Shown here: positions 31,711 to 40,968 of the stretch, piece after piece
Layout: every line of letters begins with the position of its first letter
Position numbering within the stretch: position 1 is the stretch's first letter
Assembly: GCA_963709345.1 (NCBI GenBank)
Contig: CAVPVX010000007.1
Span: 1 to 64,000, forward strand
Length of the DNA stretch: 64,000 bases
Reading direction: 5' to 3'
From: an uncultured Actinomycetes bacterium
GTDB taxonomy: Bacteria > Actinomycetota > Thermoleophilia > UBA2241
Made by a program: the position numbers and the translations under genes
The notes under the pieces: generated by a model
Databases searched by the model: none
What the model saw: the letters and a program-made list of their open reading frames with translations, nothing else
What the model was told of the DNA's origin: nothing

Positions 31711-32865
31711 TCAGCCTATCCTGCCGCGCCAGTCGTCGACAGTCCAGGCCCGCTCACCCTCGGCCAGCCAGCCCAGCCACCGCGCCTGCGCGTGCGCGAC
31801 CTCGCACAGATACTCCACCGGGGTATCCAGCGTGCCGTGCTCCGCCCACGACTTGGCCGGGCACTGCTCGCACAGGCCCTTGAGGAAGCAGCGCGCGCAG
31901 CGACGCAGGTACTCCGGGTCCGTCGCCCGCAGCTCACGGAGAGCGACGAAGGCGTCGAGGGCGGCGGCAAGCGAAGAAGATCCGCCTGCTGCCATCAGGT
32001 CGACGGTCAGCTCTGGAGCGCGCACGCCCATGCACGGTTGCGCGCGCCCGTAGGCGTCCACGCTCACGCCGTGCCCGGCGCCGCAGGCGAAGAGCACGTC
32101 GCCCGGCGGGCCCATGAACTTGCCGCCGAACTCCGCCATGCTCCGCGCGGTACTCCTCCGGCCGGCGGGTCAGCACGGCCAGCACCTGGTCCGGGTCGAG
32201 CCGCAGCCGCCGGATCAGCTCGTTCTTCGCCTCGTCGTCGCGCCGGTTGCGCAGGTCGAACGACATCGAGTAGCCGGGCGGCTTGTCCATCCAGGGGATG
32301 GTGGCCGCCCAGGCCTCGAACTCCTCCACCTCATCGCGGTTGGGCGGCAGCAGTGCGCGCCTTGAGCACGAAGGGCACGCTGCGGTCGAGCAGCAGGTCC
32401 ACCCCGCGGCGGAACTGGGCGAAGGAGCCGGGCACGCGCGTCACCGCCTCGTAGGACTCCGCGCGCATGCCGTACACCGTGACCTCGACGGTCACGAGCG
32501 GCGGCACGCGCGCCAGCAGATCGGCCAGCTCCCGGCGTGATCCGCCGCGCGTTGGTGAAGAGCAGCACCTTCAGCCCAAGGCGCCGGGCGTAGAGGTAGA
32601 GCTCCTCGAAGTCGGGGCGCAGCAGCGGCTCGCCGCCGGTGTAGCGGACCTGCAGGCAGCCGAGCGCGGCGGCCTCGTCGAGGATGTCCTCGACCTGCGC
32701 CGTGGTCAGCTCGCGGGCGCGCGCCTCACGGTCGCCGGCCGGCAGGTTGATGCAGCAGTGGATGCAGTCGTTGTCGCAGCGCTCGGTGAGCTCGATGTCG
32801 AGCTGACCGAGGCGCGAGCCGAGCGGCCGTTCGAGGCGCGTGACGCGGCGGACGTAGTCGCTCAT
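31711..32865 (-). CDS. Radical SAM/SPASM peptide maturase 2 (several frameshifts)
   Basis: ELTERCDNDCIHC and TGGEPLLRPDF. SPASM region FACGAG..AQPCM..RCARCFLKGLCEQCPAKS..YLCEVAH. Confidence 0.88.
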
Positions 32866-32881
32866 CCTCGCGCCGCTCGGG

Positions 32882-33061
32882 TCAACTCGACGAGCAACTC
32901 TGACAGGGGTCGCCCGTGCCCGCGCAGGGGCAGCCGAAGGCGCTCCCCGGGTCGAACGAGGACTGCGGGTTCTTGCAGGTCGTGAGCACCGCCTCCCGCG
33001 GATCGGTGTGAACGAGGATGCTCAACTCGGGCCGCTTCCGCTGCGAACGCTCCTCAGGCAT
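32882..33061 (-). CDS. Putative RiPP precursor peptide A (59 aa, Cys-rich core)
   Basis: MPEERSQRKRPELSILVHTDPREAVLTTCKNPQSSFDPGSAFGCPCAGTGDPCQSCSSS. It has a GAGGGGGG RBS, its start overlaps the upstream gene's stop, and it lies between two rSAM genes. Confidence 0.78.
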   Translation of the reverse strand: MPEERSQRKRPELSILVHTDPREAVLTTCKNPQSSFDPGSAFGCPCAGTGDPCQSCSSS

Positions 33062-35186
33062 CGTTCCCCCCTCTTGAGTAGTACCGCTTGTCCACGAGGC
33101 GCTCGATCTCCGGAACGATCGCCCCGCTCCTGTCGAAGCGCATCTCGTAGGCCGGGACTTCGGCGACGAGGCGCTCCACCACGTCGAAGGTCCTGTGCCA
33201 CCACTCGGCGGTGACGAAGGGACGGATGATGCAGGCGAGGATCCGCCCGGCAACATCCTTGCGGTCCTTCAGCGGCACGAGCTCGTTGCGCTCGTCCTGC
33301 CGCAGGAAGACGAGCGCCCGCAGCGGCGCCTGCGACGCCGAGACGAGCGGCACGGTGCCGTGGCTCCACGTACCGTGGATCCAGAAACCGGGGCCGGCGG
33401 CCGGTCCCGCGGCTTGCGACGGCACCGGCGGCGGCCCTTCCGGCCACCGGCGCACGATGTTGCGGTCGTCGCAGAGCACCTCCACGCGCTCACCCAGGCG
33501 CTTCGCGCAGCAGTTCCATGGTCGTGGACTTGCCGGCCTCCGAGTGACCGATGAAGCAGCAGGCCGGCGCCGTCCAGCACGACGGCGCCCGAGTGAAGAA
33601 AGAGCCCGTCACGGTCGGCCAGCACGCGCGCCAGCAGGATCTGGTCGGTCGGGAACATGGTGACCGAGGCCAACCCTCCGCGTGCCCAGGCGTCGGAGCG
33701 CGTGACGTCGTTGTAGATGCGCGCCCGAGTGTGGTCGTCGTTGAACGTCACGACCCGATGCAGGTCGCCGGGCACGCCCTGCCGTCGTCGGCCGGCGAGA
33801 TGCCCAGGTAGACCCACGACGAGGCCTGCCGGTAGATCGGCCCACGGCGGCCGCCGGTACACCTCGCGACCCAGCTCGCGGCCGTCGCAGATCCGGCAGG
33901 CCGAAGTGGTGCCGGAGCCGGATGACGGGCAGGCCGTCGGCGCCGGCGGCCGCGCCGTCCGCATCCGGCGCCTCGAACGCCCGGAACTTCCTGAGAAGGT
34001 GTCCTCGGCGATCGGCCGGTCCGCGTCCACCTGCACCGTCATGCCGCCGATCTGCCAGGTGCGCCGGTGCTCCCGGCGCCAGTCGTCCTTGAAGCGCCGC
34101 GCCTCCTTCGCCACCTCGCACAGATACTCCACCTTCGCGCCGTGCCGGCCGTGCTCCAGGTACCCGTACACGCCGCACCAGCGGCAGTCGTCGCGCAGGT
34201 CGCAGGAGGCGCACCCTTCGAGATACTCGACGCCTCCGCACGCGCGGTCGGCCACAGCCGGGAGCTCCTCCTCCCAGATGCGCTCGAGCGCGCCCGGCGC
34301 GATGCCGCCGGCACCCCGCAGCGAGAAGCGCAGGGCGGGGTCCTTGATGAAGCTGCAGTGCGCGACGCCGCCGTACGGGTCGACGTGAAGGTCGCGGCGG
34401 CCCTCGATGCAGCGCGCGTACACGCGGTCGTCGCCGGCTGCGCCGCGCACCCCGCCGCAGGCGACGTCCGCGGCCGCTCTCGGCCACGCCGCGTCGTCGG
34501 CCGGCACGGGCTCGTCGAGGGCGATCACGTCCGCCGGGTCCAGGCGCTGCCGCGCGATCTCCGCGTTCCGCGCCGCGTCGCCGCAGGCGCTCATGAAGAG
34601 CCACGCCGCGCCGACGCGCCAGTGCGGGCTCAGCGACGCCGCCAGGTCCTTCATCCGCCTCCCACTCGTGCCAGTTGTCGCGCATGGGGATGAGCTGCAC
34701 GGTGAAGCCGGCCCCGGCCTCCGCAGGCGCGCGAACCCCTCCATGGTGGCGTCGAACGACCCGGGCGTCCTGGTGACGTGGTCGTGGACCTCGGCGGTCG
34801 CCCCGTACAGGGCGACCATCTTGTTGCCCTTGCGCGTCAGCAGCTGGGCGATCTGCGGGGTGATCAGCGCGCCGTTGGTGTTGAGCGAGTAGCCGACCGC
34901 CTTGCGCGTGACGTAGTCGAAGAGCTCGGAGAAGTCCTCGCGGAGCATCGGCTCGCCGCCGGAGATGGACCAGCGGCGCGTGCCGAGCGCGCGAGCCTGG
35001 TCGACGACCGCGCGCCACTCGTCGGTGGTCAGCTCGGCGGCGCGCTCGTCCGGCGTGTCCGCGGCCCACAGCCAGCAGTGGCGGCAGCGGTTGGAGCATC
35101 GATACGTGAGGTCGATGGAGGCTTCAAGCGGGAGGCGGGGCGACGCGGCGCAGCTAACTGACCGTCGACGTCGCTGCACTCGCCAC
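33054..35186 (-). CDS. Radical SAM/SPASM enzyme 3 fused to HprK/ScmC-like P-loop domain (frameshifted; start uncertain)
   Basis: DLTYRCSNRCRHC, SGGEPMLREDF and GCASCDLRDDCRWC..YLCEVA, continuing in frame into HRRTWQIGG. Joined frames then give LHSGAVVLDGAGLL.IGHSEAGKSTT..LCDDRNIVR..HGTWSHG. Confidence 0.82.
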
Positions 35187-35375
35187 GGTCGACGAGGCCG
35201 TCAGGTTCGGAGCCCAGTCGTGCAGTGCGCGCATGACCGTGGTCGCTGAGGCCGTCACGGCGGCCGGGAACAGCCCCTGTACGCCGGCGGTCTTGCACGC
35301 CGTCAGCACGCACTCCTCCGCACCGGCGCGCTGCAGCACGATCAGCCGTGGCGTCTCCCAGGATCTGGTCTCCAT
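35154..35375 (-). CDS. Putative RiPP precursor peptide B (3' end possibly frameshifted)
   Basis: METRSWETPRLIVLQRAGAEECVLTACK aligns with the precursor A leader. It has an AAGGGAG RBS. An alternative frame gives SCAHCTTGLRT-stop at 35201. Confidence 0.72.
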   Translation of the reverse strand: METRSWETPRLIVLQRAGAEECVLTACKTAGVQGLFPAAVTASATTVMRALHDWAPNLTASSTVASAATSTVS

Positions 35376-35480
35376 CTACATCTCCCTTGCCGCCTCGCGG
35401 TCGGACGGCCGCCGACCCTGGTGCACAGTCGAGTGCCATGCCGAGCATAGCACCGCGAAGCGCCGCCCCCGACGTCGGCT

Positions 35481-35876
35481 TCAGGCGCGTGCGTCTCTCG
35501 TCTGCTCGGGAAACGCCCGCAGGAGCGCCCTGTCGAAGGTGAGCACCTCCGTATCCAGGCGCTCGGCCGCGGCCACGAAGACCGCGTCGTAGACAGCGTG
35601 GTCACAGCGCAGCGCAAGCCCCACCGCGGCCCGCCACAGGTCCTGGGTAGGCAGCACACGCTCGACCAGGGACTCTCCGTGGTCGAGCGCCCCCAGGAAC
35701 TCGGCGGGGCCGACGCTCAGCCTCCTCACCCACTGCCACACCACGTTGCCGTATTCGGCAAAGAAGAGGTCGGGGACGACGATGGAGTCCGCGCTGGAGA
35801 GCGCCTGCCACGCCGGCTCGCGGTGCTCCTTGGCCCCCAGCACGGCGTAGGCGATCACGTTGGTGTCGACGATCAC
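35481..35876 (-). CDS. vapC: VapC/PIN-domain toxin
   Basis: MIVDTNVIAY..PDLFFAEYGN..AVYDAVFVAAA..VLTFDRAL. Confidence 0.9.
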   Translation of the reverse strand: MIVDTNVIAYAVLGAKEHREPAWQALSSADSIVVPDLFFAEYGNVVWQWVRRLSVGPAEFLGALDHGESLVERVLPTQDLWRAAVGLALRCDHAVYDAVFVAAAERLDTEVLTFDRALLRAFPEQTRDARA

Positions 35877-35882
35877 GAGCAG

Positions 35883-36107
35883 TCAGCGCCGGCCCTCGTC
35901 GAGCCAGCCGTCCACGTCGCTCGCCGCTATCTCGGCCTGGTGAGCCCACCGCTCGCGGATCGCCCCGAGGACCTGATGCCGCGTGGGATACCGCGCCGCC
36001 AGGGTCGTGCGCAGTTCCTGCTCGAGAGAACGGCCGTGCGCATCGGCGGACGCCTTGATGCGCGCCAGGAGTTCGTCGGAGAGCCGTCGTATGGTCACGG
36101 AAGCCAT
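35883..36107 (-). CDS. FitA-like ribbon-helix-helix antitoxin
   Basis: MASVTIRRLSDELLARIKASADAHGRSLEQELRTTL. Confidence 0.88.
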   Translation of the reverse strand: MASVTIRRLSDELLARIKASADAHGRSLEQELRTTLAARYPTRHQVLGAIRERWAHQAEIAASDVDGWLDEGRR

Positions 36108-36124
36108 CGCTGATCACCAGAGCC

Positions 36125-36167
36125 AGACTACCCCTGGTGCCAGCATACTGCAAGCATCGTGATTGCA
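36125..36167 (-). promoter_or_regulatory. TA promoter with palindrome over the -35
   Basis: Minus strand: -35 TTGCAG (36153-36148), 17 nt, -10 TAGTCT (36130-36125). The inverted repeat TGCAA-N9-TTGCA lies at 36149-36167. Confidence 0.55.
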
Positions 36168-36289
36168 CCCTCAAGCCGGATCGAACAAGGCGCCTGGCCG
36201 CGGCAGGCCGCGCCGTTTTCGATAGTATCTGAGGCGGCCGCGCCGCCCGCAACGCGCGGCCGGCCCGGGGCTCACAGGAGGAGCGGCGG

Positions 36290-38208
36290 TTGGCCGACGC
36301 GCCACGCAGACCCAAGATCGCCGACGCCCTGCGCCTCGCCGACGCCGTGCGCCTCGTCTGGCGCGCGGCGCCCGGCTGGACGGCGCTCAACGCGGTGCTC
36401 GCCGTCCTCCAGGGCATCGTGCCGCTGCTCGCCGTGTACCTGATGAAGCTCATCGTCGACACGGTGACGGCCGGCATCGCCGACGCGGACCACGCCGCCG
36501 CCTTCCGCACCGCCGCCATGTACGTGGCGCTGGCGGCGGCGGTGGGCCTGGCGGCGGCGCTCCTGCGCTCGCTCGCCGCACTCACCTCCGAAGCGCTCGG
36601 TCAGGTCGTCACCGACCACGTGAGCGACCTCATCCACGCGCAGTCCATCGCCGTCGACCTCGAGTACTACGAGGACCCCGCCTACTACAACACGCTGCAG
36701 CGGGCGCAGGACGGAGGCGCTCGTCCCGGCCCACCAAGATCGTGAGACGGACCTGCTCACGACCGGCGCAGAGCGGCATCTCGCTGGTCTCGCGATGGCC
36801 GGCCTCCTCTTCACCCTCCACTGGAGCATGCGGCCGTCATCGTCGTCGTGGCCGGCGATCCCGGGGCCTGGGTGCGCCTGCGCTACTCGCGGCCGGCTGT
36901 ACCACTGGCAGCGCAAGCGCACGCGAGACCGAGCGCCAGGCCTGGTACTTCCACTGGCTGCTCACCGCGCGGTCGCACGCCAAGGAGGTCCGGCTCTTCG
37001 AGCTGGGCGAGCTCTTCCGGCCATCGTTACGCGCGACCTGCGCACCGTGCTCCGCGGCGAGCGCATCGGGATCGCCGCGGCAGCGCGCCCTCGCCGATGT
37101 CGGACGCCGGCGCCGTGGCCGTCGCTCGCCATCTTCGGCACCGTTCGCGTACATCGCCTGGCCGCACGGTTACCGGCAGCGATCACGCTCGGCGATTGGT
37201 CATGTACTACCAGGCCTTCCAGACGCGGCCGAGCAGTCCATGCAGGAGCGTCCTCAGGGCCTCGCCGGGCTGTACGAGGACAACCTCTTCCTCACCTACT
37301 ACCACGAGTTCATGGACCTGGAGCCGCGGGTGCTCGCGCCGAGCGGAGCCGGCGCCCGTGCCCGCGGCCGATGCGCGCAGGCGTACGCTTCGACGCCGTC
37401 GACTTCCGCTACCCGGCCGCCGACCGGACGGCTCTGAGCGGGATCGACCTCACCATCCGCCCCGGCGAGGCGTGCGGCCCTCGTCGGCGACAACGGCTCG
37501 GGCAAGACGACGCTGGTCAAGCTGCTCTGCCGGCTCTACGACCCGTCGGCCGGCAGCGATCACGCTCGACGGCGTCGATCTGCGCGAGCATGGACTGCCG
37601 AGCTGCGCCGCCAGATGAGCGTCATCTTCCAGGACTTCGTCGCAGTACCAGCTGACCGCGCGCGAGAACATCTGGGTCGGCGACGTGGATCTGCACCCGG
37701 ACGAGCCGGCCACTCGGGCGGCGGTGGAGGCCGCCGCCGGACGCCGGCGCAGACCGGCGTCATCGGCGGCCTCCGCGACGGCTACGACACCGCGCTCGGG
37801 CAAGTGGTTCGAGGACGGCGAGGAGCTCAGCATCGGCGAGTGGCAGAAGGTGGCGCTGGCCCGCGCCTTCCTCCGCGACGCGCCGATCCTGGTACTCGAC
37901 GAGCCGACCAGCGCGCTCGACCCCGAGGCCGATGGCAGGTGTTCGAGCACATCCGCCAGCTCGCCCAAGGCCGCGCGGTCGTGCTCATCAGCCACCGATT
38001 CAGCACCGTACGCAGCGCCGACCGCATCACATCCTGGATCGAGGCGGCACGGATCGTCGAGAGCGGCACGCACGAGGAGCTGCTGGCGCTCTCGGGAAGG
38101 TACGCGCAGATGTACGAGGTGCAGGCGCGCGCCTATTCCGTGGAGCCCGGCGCACCCCTGGGAGACGGCGCCGAACCCCTCGCCTCCGGCGGTCCACCCG
38201 CACAGTGA
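36290..38208 (+). CDS. ABC exporter, fused permease/ATP-binding protein (heavily frameshifted)
   Basis: AGGAGG RBS with TTG start, TM region, [10 protein letters not shown], Walker [54 protein letters not shown] and ISHRFSTVR. Confidence 0.85.
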
Positions 38209-38267
38209 AGCGGCTCACCGCGAGCCGGGCGGCCGAAGGGCCGGGCGCCTGAGGCAGCTCGGTTGCG

Positions 38268-38459
38268 TCAGATCGGCGGCGCGAACGCGACGAAGAACGC
38301 GGCCAGCGCCACCATCAACCCGGTGACGACTGCGGCGGCGAGCGCCGCACCGCCCTCGGCCTTGTCGTCGGGGAGCTCACCGGCGGCCCACAACTCGAGC
38401 GCGGTCGCCTCCACGTACGGATCGCCGGCCTGCAGATGCTCTCTGGTGCCCATGTCCAT
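38268..38459 (-). CDS. Small hypothetical protein with C-terminal TM helix
   Basis: 63-aa ORF with a GAGGGG RBS and a hydrophobic C-terminus. Confidence 0.45.
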   Translation of the reverse strand: MDMGTREHLQAGDPYVEATALELWAAGELPDDKAEGGAALAAAVVTGLMVALAAFFVAFAPPI

Positions 38460-38667
38460 CCCCTCGGTCGCAGCCGCTTCCGCGGCTCTTTTCCTTCTTG
38501 CCCTCTACTATCGGCGGGCCAAACGGCCGGGAGCACTGGACGAACATCTAGGGAAGCCGCCTCAGGCCGCGCGGGACGGCGGGAGCGCGGGCGGCAGGAC
38601 GGCGAGCAGGGTCGTGAGGCGACTCCGGCGCGTCTCCCGAGAGCCGGGGCGAGTGCGGCCCGTGGCG

Positions 38668-39846
38668 TCAGGCGCCGGCGCGGACGCGAGCGAGAAGCGC
38701 GTCGACGAGCTGCCCCTCGGGCAGTGTCTCGACGCGCTCGCCGTGGTCGAACAGCACGCCCTCCCCGGCCCCGGCGGCGATGCCGTAGTCGGCGTGCCTG
38801 GCCTCTTCGGGGCCGTTGACCCGGCAGCCCATGACGGCCACCGTGATCACCCGGCGGGCCAGCGCCGGCTCGGCGCCGAGCCGGCGCTCGACCTCCTCGG
38901 CGAGGCCGACGATGTCGACCTCGGTGCGCCCGCAGGTGGGGCAGCTGATCACGTCGGGGCCGCGCCGCCGGAGCCCGAGCGCGGCCAGGATCTGCCAGGC
39001 GACCCGGACCTCTTCCACTGGGTCGCCGGTCAGGCTCACGCGGACGGTGTCGCCGATGCCGTCGGCCAGCAGGGCGCCGATGCCGACGGCGCTCTTGATC
39101 GTGCCGCTCCAGACCGTGCCCGCCTCCGTCACACCAACGTGCAGCGGAGCATCGCTGCGGCCGCGCAGGAGCCGGTACGCGGCGATCGTGTCCGGCACCG
39201 ACGACGACTTGACGCTCAGCTTGTACGCCCTGAAGCCCCACTCCTCGAACTGCCCGGCCCAGCGCAATGCCGCTTCGACGAGCGCCCCCGGAGCATCGCC
39301 GGCGGCGCGGTCGCGCAGATCTCGCGGCAGCGACCCGGCGTTGACTCCGATGCGGATCGCAACGGGCACTTCGCGCACGCCGGAGCCGGCCGGCACCGCC
39401 GTCCCGGCGGCGGCGCGAACGATCTCGCGCACGTGCTTCTCCCCCATCGTCCCGGGGTTGATCCGCACCCCGGCGGCCCCGGCGTCGATGGCCGCCAGCG
39501 CCAGCCGCCAGTCGTAGTGGATATCCGCAATGATGGGCACGCGGGGCGCGGCGCGGTCGCCGTCCGCGGCCGCGGCGCGAGCGGTCGCCGGCGCGTCGCC
39601 GGACGGCGCGTCCGTCACGCGGCCGAGCGCCGGAGCCTCGCGCACGAGGTGCGCGAATGCCGGCGCCTCTTCGGCGCTCGGCAGGCTGACGCGGACGATC
39701 TCGCAGCCCGCTGCAGCCAGAGCGCGCACCTGGGCGAGCGTCGCTTCCGCGTCGCCGGTCCTGGTACAGGTCATCGACTGCACGGCGACCGGAGCGCCGC
39801 CGCCGACCGGCACCGGACCGACCATGAGGCGGTGCGCGCTACTCAC
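38668..39846 (-). CDS. ispG: 4-hydroxy-3-methylbut-2-en-1-yl diphosphate synthase
   Basis: VAVQSMT, IIADIHYD, RINPG, IRIGVNAGSL, PLHVGVTEAG, ISCPTCGR and VMGCRVNGP. Confidence 0.95.
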   Translation of the reverse strand: MSSAHRLMVGPVPVGGGAPVAVQSMTCTRTGDAEATLAQVRALAAAGCEIVRVSLPSAEEAPAFAHLVREAPALGRVTDAPSGDAPATARAAAADGDRAAPRVPIIADIHYDWRLALAAIDAGAAGVRINPGTMGEKHVREIVRAAAGTAVPAGSGVREVPVAIRIGVNAGSLPRDLRDRAAGDAPGALVEAALRWAGQFEEWGFRAYKLSVKSSSVPDTIAAYRLLRGRSDAPLHVGVTEAGTVWSGTIKSAVGIGALLADGIGDTVRVSLTGDPVEEVRVAWQILAALGLRRRGPDVISCPTCGRTEVDIVGLAEEVERRLGAEPALARRVITVAVMGCRVNGPEEARHADYGIAAGAGEGVLFDHGERVETLPEGQLVDALLARVRAGA

Positions 39847-40888
39847 GCGGGGTCCTGCGCGACGCCGCGGGCTGAGGCTCGCCGGCGTGCATGCGGTACC
39901 ACTCCCACGTCTCCGCCAGTCCCTCGGCGAGCGTCGTGTCGGCGTCCCAGGCCAGCACCCAGCGGCCGCGGCCCACGTCGGCGCACGAGCGCTTGATGTC
40001 GCCCTCGCGGGCGGGCCCGTGCTCCACCGACAGCGAGACGCCGGTCTGCGCTTCGATCTCTCCGACGAGCTGCAGGAGGCTCGTCTCCAGCCCGGAGCCG
40101 ACATTCACGACTGACGAGCCCGTCAGCGGCCGCTGCAGAGCGCGGGCGATCGCCCACGCCACGTCGCCCACGTACACGAAGTCCCGGGTCTGCGCGCCGT
40201 CGCCGAATATGGTGACCCCGGCCCGGGCGGGCGAAGCCCCACCCGGCTCACCGCCACCCACCGCCGACGCGCCCTCGGCGGCGGCGGCGAGAAAGCGGCT
40301 GATCACGCCGGAGTAGGCCGACCCGGGATCCTGCCGCGGGCCGAAAACATTGAAGAAGCGGAGGCAGACGGCGGTGATCTGGTGTGCGTCACCGGCGCTT
40401 ACGCACGCCTCTTCGGCGGCGAGCTTGGCGCCGGCGTACGGGCTGAGCGGTCGTGCCTGCATGGTCTCGGCGACGGGCACCTGCGCCGCGTCGCCGTACA
40501 CCGCGCAACTCGACGCCAGCACGAACCTCGGCACCTCGGCGTCCACGGCCTCACGCAGCGCGTTGACCGCTCCGCCATGCGTCACCGAGTTGCAGCCCAG
40601 AGGATCCTCGAGCGAGAGGGCGACGGAGGGGATCGCCGCCAGGTGGACGACCGCGTCACAACCGGCCACGGCGTCGCGCATGCGCACCTCGTCGCGGACG
40701 TCTCCCTCGATCACCTGCAGGCCGCCGCCGTACTCGGCGGCGAGCCGCCAGGCGTCGTCGAGGTTCTCCTCCCTGCCGGTGCTGAAGTCGTCGAGCACAC
40801 GCACGTCGTCGCCCCCCGTGAGGAGTGCGTCCACCACGTGAGAGCCTATGAACCCGGCGCCGCCGGTGACGAGAGTGATTCCGCCCAT
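39839..40888 (-). CDS. NAD-dependent epimerase/dehydratase (UDP-glucose 4-epimerase-like)
   Basis: TGGAGFIG, SSCAVYG, YAGAK (YxxxK), LRFFNVFGPRQD and QTRDFVYV. Confidence 0.92.
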   Translation of the reverse strand: MGGITLVTGGAGFIGSHVVDALLTGGDDVRVLDDFSTGREENLDDAWRLAAEYGGGLQVIEGDVRDEVRMRDAVAGCDAVVHLAAIPSVALSLEDPLGCNSVTHGGAVNALREAVDAEVPRFVLASSCAVYGDAAQVPVAETMQARPLSPYAGAKLAAEEACVSAGDAHQITAVCLRFFNVFGPRQDPGSAYSGVISRFLAAAAEGASAVGGGEPGGASPARAGVTIFGDGAQTRDFVYVGDVAWAIARALQRPLTGSSVVNVGSGLETSLLQLVGEIEAQTGVSLSVEHGPAREGDIKRSCADVGRGRWVLAWDADTTLAEGLAETWEWYRMHAGEPQPAASRRTPRE

Positions 40889-40968
40889 GCACGCATCTTA
40901 GTCCACGGCGCGCCGCCCTGCCGCCTCACCGGCGCGGGCACCCCGAGCGAGAGGCCCGCTGATCCGGA

